Shown: positions 7,596 through 15,068, numbered from the stretch's first letter. The stretch is 19,771 bases of DNA from an uncultured Polyangiaceae bacterium (GCA_964537685.1 CAZICM010000102.1:1-19771); one strand, 5' to 3'. Notes: a model not told the origin generated them from the sequence alone. Numbers and translations are program-made.

Positions 7596-8636
7596 ATGAA
7601 AAAATTGCTACGATTTGCCTGCTTTGTGCAAGTCCTGTTTGGTCTTGCTTTTTTTTCTGGCCGAACTGCGCGCGCTCAGTCGAATTCCGAAGAGGTGTTC
7701 AACATGCTCTTCGAGCAGGGCAGCAAAGCCGCTGATAAAGACAACTTCAATGAAACGATCGCGGCTTGGATTCCTGCATATCGCATCAAGCCACACTATA
7801 AGATCGCCTGCGGTATCGGCCGCCTCTCCCTGCGCTTGGAACGCCTTGTGGAGGCCGCAACCTGGCTGAATCGATGCAGGCTCACCGCGCCGCCACCAAA
7901 AACAGACGAAGGCATCGCGAGGCGCGGCACGGAGTTGGTCGAGCTTGAGGTCGCAAAAGCGCATCTCATCACCGCAGCCGTTCATGCAGAACCAGGGGCA
8001 ACGATCTTTGCTCACGGTGACGAAATGGGGATCGCTCCGCTCAACGTGACCCTGTTTTTTGCGCCCGGTAAAAACTCGATCGAGGCGCGGAAATCAGGCG
8101 AAACCATGACCATAGCTTTTGAGGGCGAGCGTGGTCAGGAACTCACTATCGATTTAAGGCCGCGCCAATTGCCCGCGCGCGTCGTCCCTATCTCAGACGC
8201 AGAAACCCCTTCGCCTCTCGTGACCGCGCCTGTGCCTGCTCCGGCCACCCTCACCATGCCCTCGTGGGAACCCAAGCCCGCAACGTGGCGCTCATGGGGC
8301 AAAATTGCCCGAAGCAACGTCTACATTTTTACGATGGGTGGTGCTTTTGCCCTCGGCGGTTACTTTGCTCTTGTGAGCGAGGGAATGCAGGACAGCCACG
8401 AAATGGAGCTCAGCATGGCGGTGAAATACACGCGAATGGGGCTCTATGTGGAAGCTGCTTCCGCACTTGACTCGGCCAAATCCGCGAACTTCTGGCGCCT
8501 TGTGTCTTCCGGATTTTCGACCGCGTTTCTTATCGCCGGTAGCACGATGGCTAGTGGATGGCTGGGCGCCGTGACGTTGGACAATGTTTCGATTGGCCGT
8601 GACTCGGCCTTGGTTCAAGGGAGTTTTCGATGGTGA
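7596..8636 (+). CDS. Secreted/membrane protein with a PEGA-like domain (hypothetical)
   Basis: 346 aa. The signal peptide is MKKLLRFACFVQVLFGLAFFSGRTARA. A PEGA-like segment reads GATIFAHGDEMGIAPLNVTLFFAPGKNSIEARKSGE. A Pro-rich linker follows, then two C-terminal hydrophobic helices (VYIFTMGGAFALGGYFALV and FSTAFLIAGSTMASGWLGAV). The stop overlaps the next start (ATGGTGA). Confidence 0.65.
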   Translation: MKKLLRFACFVQVLFGLAFFSGRTARAQSNSEEVFNMLFEQGSKAADKDNFNETIAAWIPAYRIKPHYKIACGIGRLSLRLERLVEAATWLNRCRLTAPPPKTDEGIARRGTELVELEVAKAHLITAAVHAEPGATIFAHGDEMGIAPLNVTLFFAPGKNSIEARKSGETMTIAFEGERGQELTIDLRPRQLPARVVPISDAETPSPLVTAPVPAPATLTMPSWEPKPATWRSWGKIARSNVYIFTMGGAFALGGYFALVSEGMQDSHEMELSMAVKYTRMGLYVEAASALDSAKSANFWRLVSSGFSTAFLIAGSTMASGWLGAVTLDNVSIGRDSALVQGSFRW

Positions 8637-9592
8637 CGCTCGGCAGATTCGCGTTGATGGTTGCGGGATTCTTACTTCTCGCCGATGGATGCGGCACGGC
8701 GGAAGCAACACAAGAAGCCTACGATAAGTGCCTCGATTTCAACTATGGGCATGGCGGCCCTGCAACTGGCGAGGGAGGCCAAGGCGGAAGCGTCGCCAAT
8801 GCATGCACGCCTGAATGTACAGCAGAAACGGCGGCGAAGGATTGCGCCGCTCTGGCGCCCGATCCTCGTTGCGGAAGCGTGGTGTGTGTTGAAAACAGGT
8901 GTGCGCGGCAAATTAAGCCCGGCCCGATTCCTTCCCAAAAATATGGCGACTGCAAACAAGCCGTTTGTGATGGAGCGGGCAACCTGATCGAAATAGGTGA
9001 TGATACGGATTACTACAACGATGGGAATCAATGCACTGTTGATTTTTGCAAGAGTGGCGCGGCGCATTTCGTGATGCCAGACGGTGTTCAATGCCCCGAA
9101 ACGGACGAGGGATTTTGTTATAATGGCGAATGCGTTGAATGCATTGGCACTTTGCCACAGGCCGCATGCAAAGGCGCCGGGATGGTCTGCAATCAGTTTT
9201 GGTGTGAACTCTTTGTGGATTGCATTGGAAAGTGTGGCGGCAATTGCGTCCCGTGCTCCTTTGGCCAAGCATGCATTGAGAATGCCGATTGCTTGAGCGG
9301 AGTTTGTGCGAATGGAATATGTCAATTCCCGACATGCGCGGACGGGGTCAAGAACGATGGAGAGACGGGCAAGGATTGCGGTGCCCCAAGCTGCGCCGAT
9401 TGTCCACCCGGCGAGGGTTGTGTGCTGCCCGAGGATTGCCTTAGTTCTGTCTGCATGTTGGGAATTTGCCAAGCTCCCACATGCACCGATGGAGTGAAAA
9501 ACGGCGACGAGGAAGGCATTGATTGTGGCGGCAGTTGCGGCGCATGCTTTGCCCAATGGGAGAAAAAAATGCGCAAACGGGGTAGTATTTAG
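8630..9592 (+). CDS. Secreted cysteine-rich repeat protein (hypothetical)
   Basis: 320 aa. The N-terminal hydrophobic leader MVTLGRFALMVAGFLLLADGC is followed by about 40 Cys residues. There are two clear C-terminal modules of the form C-x-x-x-x-DCLS-x-VC-x-x-GICQ-x-PTC-x-DGVKN-x-x-E-x-G-x-DCG-x-x-x-C-x-x-C. The start is translationally coupled to the upstream gene. Confidence 0.75.
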   Translation: MVTLGRFALMVAGFLLLADGCGTAEATQEAYDKCLDFNYGHGGPATGEGGQGGSVANACTPECTAETAAKDCAALAPDPRCGSVVCVENRCARQIKPGPIPSQKYGDCKQAVCDGAGNLIEIGDDTDYYNDGNQCTVDFCKSGAAHFVMPDGVQCPETDEGFCYNGECVECIGTLPQAACKGAGMVCNQFWCELFVDCIGKCGGNCVPCSFGQACIENADCLSGVCANGICQFPTCADGVKNDGETGKDCGAPSCADCPPGEGCVLPEDCLSSVCMLGICQAPTCTDGVKNGDEEGIDCGGSCGACFAQWEKKMRKRGSI

Positions 9593-9655
9593 ATCAACCG
9601 CCACGGCAAAGAACAAGGTCAACCCAGCAAGCCAAATCGCAATACGGAGGAGAGA

Positions 9656-10381
9656 ATGATTAAATTTCCGGGCAAACACCAGCGGCTTCGACAAATAGCC
9701 ATTACGGGCGCGATCCTTATTTCGACGCTTATGCATGCCCCTAAAGCAAGAGGCACCGATTTTGGTGATCTTGGGATCGAGCCCATCGATGCGGATGCAA
9801 TGCGTTCCTATATGACGGCTCATTATCGAGACATTCAAGTCCACGGAGGCGTATCGATTGGCCTTGGCGCGGTGGGCATGGCGGCCGGTGCGTATCTGCT
9901 CCTTCGGCCGCCCGCAGCGGAACACCGCAAGATTTCGATCCCCTTGCTGACCTTTGGAGTGAGTCAAATTGTTGTTGGCTCGCTTTTAGTCGCATTTCCC
10001 CCTCCACACGTTGCCGAGGCGGGAGGCATGCTCACAAACGACCCCGATCGATTCATCACTTCTGAGCAGGACCGTGCGAGCAATCTCCACCGGCTTCTCA
10101 CGTATGGGGTGGTCGGCGCGTCTAGCAGCGTTTTGATTCCCATGGTTGTATGGTTGTTTTCAGATGAGTTCAAGAAGACTTGGCAGCCGCTCATCGTCAC
10201 ACAGGTGGGCGAAGGGTTAATAACGTGGCTTATGGCTTCATCACTTCAGGGGTCTTTGGAGGATTATCAGCGGAAGCTCTTTGGCTTTGAGCTGAACAGA
10301 GCATTGCAATCCCCTGGTAGTCCTCAACCAAAACCAATGTTGACCCGCCCGATCATGTTCAAGGTAACGGTTCCATTTTAG
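9656..10381 (+). CDS. Integral membrane protein (hypothetical)
   Basis: 241 aa with GGAGGAG 5 nt upstream of the start. Hydrophobic segments include ITGAILISTLMHA, VSIGLGAVGMAAGAYLLL, LLTFGVSQIVVGSLLVAF and LLTYGVVGASSSVLIPMVVWLF. I recognise no family. Confidence 0.6.
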   Translation: MIKFPGKHQRLRQIAITGAILISTLMHAPKARGTDFGDLGIEPIDADAMRSYMTAHYRDIQVHGGVSIGLGAVGMAAGAYLLLRPPAAEHRKISIPLLTFGVSQIVVGSLLVAFPPPHVAEAGGMLTNDPDRFITSEQDRASNLHRLLTYGVVGASSSVLIPMVVWLFSDEFKKTWQPLIVTQVGEGLITWLMASSLQGSLEDYQRKLFGFELNRALQSPGSPQPKPMLTRPIMFKVTVPF

Positions 10382-10465
10382 GCCCTTCTTTCGCTTTAGG
10401 CGAATGATTTCACATGGTCTTATGATATCGATCTTGATTACCCGCTTGAACTGAAGGAAGACTCC

Positions 10466-12628
10466 ATGAAAGACTGGCTTCGATTTGGCAGCAAAATAGG
10501 CGACCACACCATCACGGGTGTTGGCCGGCACGGCACGGATATCCAGCGATACAAGGCCATTCATCGCAGAACTCGTGTCCCGGTTATCATCACTTGCACG
10601 ATGTACGACAAAGAGCGAGGGCCGTTCAACTTTGAGGCTCGAGCTGAATATCGAGCCTCGCTTAACATTTGCGTGCCTTTGCTAGACTGGGGTAAGACCG
10701 AACAAGGTTTGTTTTACCTCGTCGAACCGGACCTGAACATCCAACCTCTCAACTCTCTTCCAGACTCCTCCTCCCCACAAATGATTTGCGTAGTGGCCCA
10801 TGCTTTGGCCTGCCAGCTCAGAGCGTTTGCCAGGGCGTATTTTTTACACGGTGCCCTTGAACCGCGGGAAACTGTGGGGATTGTTAAAGGACAGGTTACA
10901 ATCTACGGTGTGGGTTTCCGTCAGATCCTTGAACGCGACAGGGGGATAGGAATTCACGCAAGCGATCACACCGCACCCGAAATCATGGATGGAAGAACGT
11001 GGGATCACAAGGCGGACGTATACAGTGTGTGTTCTATTGTAGCATCGATGTGGAAAGTCTGCAACAAGTCGCTCCGCGATTTGGGGTTCGTTGGCGACTT
11101 GTTGGAACTGGGCTTGCGCCCGGACCCAGCGGAGCGCTTGATGTGGGGAGACTTTGTGCGTGTGTTTGGCGATCTTTTGCACCAAATCATTGAGCACACA
11201 TGGCCACCGGGCGAGAAGACCGATCGGGTCAAAAAATTTTTGGAAAAGGAAGCGGATTCCAGGCCGGATTCGGACGAAACGCCCATTGACAATCACACCG
11301 AGCCCCTGGACGCTAAAGTGCTTGGGGACTGGGAGATCCGTCTGCAATTCGCGGAAGCAAGCGATGGGATCGAAAGCTACCTTGCCCAACGGATTCGCGG
11401 CTCTGAAGTCGCTTTATTGCGCAGATCTCGATCGTCCACGGTGCACGCAACGGCGCTACACGCAACCGCGCTAAAGGAGTGGATGGCGAAACGGGACACG
11501 ATCACTCAACCAAACATCCCTTCGTTGGTGGACGCAGGTGTAAGTTGCGATGGATGGATGTTCGTTGCCGAGGATTTCCCGGCAGAGAATGTCCTACCCT
11601 CCCTTTTTGAATTCGGGAGCCTCGAGAACCAGCGCGAAAAGGTTCTCAAGACTGTGCGGAGCGCGGCGCAAGCACTTCAAACAGCGGCAAAACGCGGAGT
11701 GTTTCACGGGGATTTGGTGCCCAACCGCGATTTGATCGTTGATCGAAAGAATGGACGATTGATGGTGATGGGGATCGGAGCTCTTCAAGCCTTCGGCCTC
11801 GGGGAACATGTGACGAGCAACCCTCACGCCGCACCGGAACGGCGCGCGGGAGAGCCCTTTGATCACCGCGCCGATATGTATGCACTTGCGGCGATTCTTC
11901 GCGAAGCGCTGAGCCAAGCGGGAACAGAAGAGCTTGAAGGATGTTTCGTCCAATTTTTTGAGATCGCGTTAGCCCCCAAACCGGCGGATCGTTTCAAAAC
12001 CTGGGGAAAGTTCCTCGCATCGCTGGATCGATGCCTGAAATTGTCCGCGGCGCAATCGGCGAAAAGCAAAGGCGGGACAAGACCGGCAGCGCCCACCACG
12101 GCGCCCGCCCACACGCCGACGAGCTGGACGCCGTCATCCAGCGATCCTACACCGCCTCCGGCACCTCAAGGCGCAAAAGCGGGCGAACGCGAAGCCGCAC
12201 GGGTGCTCGAGCTCGTGGTGAACCCCGCGAACGAAAACACCCAGCATGGGCCGAAAGGGACGGAGGGCGAGACGATCGACCGTGAAACCCTGCCTTCGCC
12301 GGTTTTCGCTCCAGCGTGGCGGCCATCGCGTGCATTGGCCTGGATCGCTTCAAGCGTGGGCGGCGTCGCTTCTGTTGCGGCATCCCTCGCGTTGCTTTGG
12401 TCTGCGCGCGTTCCCCCCCTCGCGCCGTTTGAGTTGGTCCAAAGTCCTGCGACATATGAAACCTCGAGTGTGTTATGGGCCATGAGTGCGGTGGAAGGCA
12501 TTCGATCCATCGAGCCTTCGCAATCCGCAATTGTATCGCACCCGAGGGGCAGCCATGCGCGCCTCGAACCCGCCCGTTCGCGCGGTTGCAGCCTTGTTCA
12601 CTGCACGCTCGAAGGGGATCAAGAATGA
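10466..12628 (+). CDS. Membrane-anchored protein with two tandem degenerate Ser/Thr-kinase-like (pseudokinase) domains
   Basis: 720 aa. Domain 1 has a G-loop GVGRHG, but VAIK is replaced by VIIT, HRD by HGA (FLHGALEPRE) and DFG by YGVGF; TAPE and DVYSVCSI are kept. Domain 2 has no G-loop; VALLR replaces VAIK, HGDLVPNRD keeps the Asp and Asn, MGIG replaces DFG, and AAPE and DMYALAAIL are kept. A Pro/Thr-rich linker, one TM helix (ALAWIASSVGGVASVAASLALLW) and a tail of about 90 aa follow. Confidence 0.7.
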   Translation: MKDWLRFGSKIGDHTITGVGRHGTDIQRYKAIHRRTRVPVIITCTMYDKERGPFNFEARAEYRASLNICVPLLDWGKTEQGLFYLVEPDLNIQPLNSLPDSSSPQMICVVAHALACQLRAFARAYFLHGALEPRETVGIVKGQVTIYGVGFRQILERDRGIGIHASDHTAPEIMDGRTWDHKADVYSVCSIVASMWKVCNKSLRDLGFVGDLLELGLRPDPAERLMWGDFVRVFGDLLHQIIEHTWPPGEKTDRVKKFLEKEADSRPDSDETPIDNHTEPLDAKVLGDWEIRLQFAEASDGIESYLAQRIRGSEVALLRRSRSSTVHATALHATALKEWMAKRDTITQPNIPSLVDAGVSCDGWMFVAEDFPAENVLPSLFEFGSLENQREKVLKTVRSAAQALQTAAKRGVFHGDLVPNRDLIVDRKNGRLMVMGIGALQAFGLGEHVTSNPHAAPERRAGEPFDHRADMYALAAILREALSQAGTEELEGCFVQFFEIALAPKPADRFKTWGKFLASLDRCLKLSAAQSAKSKGGTRPAAPTTAPAHTPTSWTPSSSDPTPPPAPQGAKAGEREAARVLELVVNPANENTQHGPKGTEGETIDRETLPSPVFAPAWRPSRALAWIASSVGGVASVAASLALLWSARVPPLAPFELVQSPATYETSSVLWAMSAVEGIRSIEPSQSAIVSHPRGSHARLEPARSRGCSLVHCTLEGDQE

Positions 12629-12685
12629 ATATGAAGCCGATTATGTTCGAATTGAAGTTTGCCTTCTGATTGGTCGTTTGAAGCT

Positions 12686-13093
12686 ATGCCTGCAAAACCC
12701 CTTTCAGCCGTCGAGGTAGGGAACCGCATACGCGAGCACCGAAGAGCGCGGGGGCTGATTCTTGCCGACTTGGCCCGAAAAGCGGGCCTAACGATGGAAC
12801 AGCTTCAAAGGATTGAGCAAGGTCTGCACGATCCAACGGCTTCGGTGCTTTGGGCCATCGCAAGGGGGCTAGGGCTGTCACCTGGAGACATTCTAGCGCC
12901 ACGGGGCACACTGTCAGATGAAGCTCGAGAGTTTATCGAGCTTTGCGCGATGGTGCCGAGTGAAGTGCAGCAGGCACTTGTGCAGATTATGAGGGCAAGC
13001 CTTGCCGAAGTGCGCCCCGCCACATCTTCGCCATCCTTGAAGCGAGACGGGAAGGCGAGTCAAGGAAAGCGGCCGAAGGCGATCGGGAGATAG
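12686..13093 (+). CDS. XRE-family helix-turn-helix transcriptional regulator (paralog 1 of 3)
   Basis: VGNRIREHRRARGLILADLARKAGLTMEQLQRIEQGLHDPTASVLWAIARGLGLSPGDIL is a canonical XRE/Cro-C1 HTH. I prefer the ATG at 12686; the track start at 12659 is a TTG. The stop at 13093 is secure. Confidence 0.85.
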   Translation: MPAKPLSAVEVGNRIREHRRARGLILADLARKAGLTMEQLQRIEQGLHDPTASVLWAIARGLGLSPGDILAPRGTLSDEAREFIELCAMVPSEVQQALVQIMRASLAEVRPATSSPSLKRDGKASQGKRPKAIGR

Positions 13094-13142
13094 GATGTAT
13101 GCTTTTTGAGACTCGGCTTACATCGGACTTGATTCCTCGCTT

Positions 13143-13163
13143 GAAGAGGGCGGGGATTGAAAC
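13143..13163 (+). repeat. Solitary CRISPR half-repeat: GAAGAGGGCGGGGATTGAAAC matches the 3' 21 nt of the array repeat at 20 of 21 positions
   Basis: The array repeat at positions 17-37 reads GAAGAGGGCGTGGATTGAAAC, so there is a single T-to-G difference. The half-repeat lies 6.1 kb from the array, on the same strand, and ends 18 nt upstream of the ATG (13182) of XRE paralog 2. The sequence on its 5' side is not repeat-like but can still form a short CCTC/GAGG stem. Confidence 0.9.
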
Positions 13164-13181
13164 AAACCAGGAGATCGGACG

Positions 13182-13562
13182 ATGCAACGCGAGAGACAAG
13201 ATAGCAAAGCGGAGCTTGGCGCGGTGATTCGGCGATGGCGGGCAAGGCAGAGCCTAACCATTGAGACATTGGGAGAGCGAGCGGGCTTGCACAAAGACGA
13301 TCTGATGATGATCGAGTGTGGCGAGTGCGATCCGGCCTTTTCGACGGTATGCGCAATCGCGGCGGGTTTTGGGTTGAGCGCGGGCGAGATGCTATCCGAC
13401 GATCATGAGGCGTTAGCCGACAGCGCGCTCGAAATGGTCAGGCTTTTTGCCGATGCGCCGGAGCCGATAAGCAGTGCGTTGCCAGGCTTTTTGAATGCCT
13501 GCATTGCCGCGAAAGAGGCGAAGGCAAGGCGAAGGGCGCGGGGGAAGGCGATAGGGAGCTAA
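13182..13562 (+). CDS. XRE-family helix-turn-helix transcriptional regulator (paralog 2 of 3) with a conserved C-terminal extension
   Basis: 126 aa with AGGAG at 13169-13173. The HTH reads LGAVIRRWRARQSLTIETLGERAGLHKDDLMMIECGECDPAFSTVCAIAAGFGLSAGEML. The C-terminal block ADSALEMVRLFADAPEP...ACIAAKEAKARRRARGK is shared with paralog 3. Confidence 0.88.
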   Translation: MQRERQDSKAELGAVIRRWRARQSLTIETLGERAGLHKDDLMMIECGECDPAFSTVCAIAAGFGLSAGEMLSDDHEALADSALEMVRLFADAPEPISSALPGFLNACIAAKEAKARRRARGKAIGS

Positions 13563-13589
13563 AGAACAGGACAACCTATGGGTACTCAG

Positions 13590-13613
13590 TCAACAACTCA
13601 ACAGTTGCATTTG
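13590..13613. repeat. Copy 2 of the 24-bp motif TCAACAACTCAACAGTTGCATTTG; candidate operator
   Basis: Identical to 7414-7437. It lies 28 nt after the stop of XRE paralog 2 and upstream of paralog 3. Confidence 0.85.
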
Positions 13614-13663
13614 CCCCGATTCATCCCACGGTGACTTTTTGCTCCAGCGCTCTTCGTGTCGGT

Positions 13664-13687
13664 TCAACAACTCAAATGTTCTATTCG
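13664..13687. repeat. Degenerate copy 3 of the 24-bp motif (TCAACAACTCAAATGTTCTATTCG, 19 of 24 identical)
   Basis: Aligned by eye to copies 1 and 2. The first 12 nt are identical and the second half-site is degenerate. It starts 74 bp downstream of the start of copy 2. Confidence 0.6.
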
Positions 13688-13797
13688 TCCTCTCTGCGCC
13701 TTCCCAGCACAACCGCGCTCCTCTGAAGCCCGAATCGCCCGCTTCGCAGAATTAGGGTGACTGCAAACAAGTTGTGTGCAATAACGATGGTCGTCGA

Positions 13798-14304
13798 ATG
13801 GAAATGAACGACGACTCCGATACTTACAACGATGGCAATCTCGGCCCGGCCGACGACGGCCAAAGCAGCTCAAGCTTCGACCAGCGGAGCACGGACCCGG
13901 CAGGCGATCGAATCATCGATCACGAGAAGCTCGAGAAGCTCGATGCCAAGTCAGAGCTCGGCATGGCAATCCAACGTTGGCGGATAAGGCGGGGGCTAAG
14001 CGTAGAGGCATTGGGAGAACGGGCAGGGTTGCTTGGGCACCATGTCTTGATGATTGAGCGCGGGGAGTGCGATCCCGCGTTTTCGACGGTAGCCGCAATC
14101 GCGGCGGGTCTTGGGTTGAGCGCAGGCGAAATGCTATCCGGGGATCATGAGGCTATCGCGGATAGTGCGCTCGAAATCGTGCGGCTGTACGCGGATGCGC
14201 CGGAACCGGTGAAGAGCTCGCTTCCAACCTTTTTGATGGCGTGTATTGCAGCCAAGGAGGCTAAGGCCAAGCGGAGGGCGCGAAGAAAGCCCAGCGGAAG
14301 CTAA
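13798..14304 (+). CDS. XRE-family helix-turn-helix transcriptional regulator (paralog 3 of 3) with an acidic, low-complexity N-terminal extension
   Basis: The HTH (LGMAIQRWRIRRGLSVEALGERAGLLGHHVLMIERGECDPAFSTVAAIAAGLGLSAGEML) and the C-terminal block (ADSALEIVRLYADAPEP...ACIAAKEAKAKRRARRK) are very close to paralog 2. The start is uncertain: GTG at 13774 (track), ATG at 13798 or ATG at 13804. The stop at 14304 is secure. Confidence 0.8.
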   Translation: MEMNDDSDTYNDGNLGPADDGQSSSSFDQRSTDPAGDRIIDHEKLEKLDAKSELGMAIQRWRIRRGLSVEALGERAGLLGHHVLMIERGECDPAFSTVAAIAAGLGLSAGEMLSGDHEAIADSALEIVRLYADAPEPVKSSLPTFLMACIAAKEAKAKRRARRKPSGS

Positions 14305-14399
14305 AAGAACGAGGCGATGCCCACAAAGCCTCTTTCGGCCACGGCCCGCTTTGCAAAAAAGTGCTTGACGCCTCCCTGGGGAAAAGGCAGGCCAAAGAC

Positions 14400-14945
14400 A
14401 TGAAGACAAAACAGCGAGAAGACTTGCTCGGCACACTAAAAACCCGCTTTGAAAAAAATATGCGCCGTCATTTGGGCCTTGAATGGGCAAAGGTGCAAGC
14501 CAAGCTGGAGGCGAGTGCTGAAAAGCTACGGTCGCTCGGCGAAATGGAGAGAACGGGCGGCGAGCCGGATGTCGTTGGCTACAATCAACAAAGCGGCGAG
14601 TATTTGTTTATGGATTGTTCTGCGGAAAGCCCCGAGGGCCGCAGGAGTATTTGTTATGACCGGGAGGCGTTGGATTCAAGAAAAGAACATAAACCGGCCG
14701 ATACCGCCATGGATATGAGCAAGGCCATGGGGATTGAAATGCTCACGGAAGAACAATACCGGACGCTGCAATCCCTTGGAGAATTCGATACAAAAACATC
14801 GAGCTGGCTAAAAACACCCGCTGAAATTAGAAAACTCGGCGGCGCTATCTTTGGCGACCGCCGCTACAATCATGTCTTTGTGTATCACAACGGCGCTTCG
14901 TCTTATTATGCCGCCAGGGGATTCCGGGGCGCGCTGAGGGTCTGA
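14400..14945 (+). CDS. DUF4256 family protein (function unknown)
   Basis: The blocks MERTGGEPDVVGY, FMDCSAESPEGRRSICYD, GIEMLTEEQYRTLQ, FDTKTSSWLKTP and GGAIFGDRRYNHVFVYHNGASSYYAARGFRGALRV are, as I recall them, the conserved DUF4256 blocks. I prefer the ATG at 14400 over the GTG at 14361 used by the track. Confidence 0.78.
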   Translation: MKTKQREDLLGTLKTRFEKNMRRHLGLEWAKVQAKLEASAEKLRSLGEMERTGGEPDVVGYNQQSGEYLFMDCSAESPEGRRSICYDREALDSRKEHKPADTAMDMSKAMGIEMLTEEQYRTLQSLGEFDTKTSSWLKTPAEIRKLGGAIFGDRRYNHVFVYHNGASSYYAARGFRGALRV

Positions 14946-15068
14946 ATCGCATCTTCGCCAACGCGGCTCATCGGATTGGTGAATGATTTTTTATTATTTT
15001 TATTCTATTTTCGATCGAGAATTATTTTCGATCGAATGGACGCGCTTTATGCCGGATATTCAATCCAA

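Noticed and set aside
8672-9967. 431-aa minus-strand ORF, the longest ORF in this part of the track
   Set aside because: It lies antisense to two plus-strand genes that have signal peptides, good RBSs, translational coupling and an internally repeated Cys motif. Its own translation is compositionally odd (rich in R, A and I, with no motifs), and it spans the intergenic gap between the two plus-strand genes. It is a shadow ORF of the kind common in GC-rich DNA.
13590-13613. The 24-bp motif read as a sigma54 promoter (TTGCA as the -12 element) or as a sigma70 -35 box (TTGCAT)
   Set aside because: There is no GG at the -24 position relative to the TTGC, and no acceptable -10 hexamer 17 bp downstream in either exact copy. 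The operator or att-like interpretations fit the inverted-repeat core better.
14729-14740. GGGGATTGAAAT inside the DUF4256 gene, resembling the repeat 3' end
   Set aside because: Only about 10-11 nt match and similarity stops immediately upstream. The segment encodes conserved M-G-I-E-M of the protein. Probably chance.
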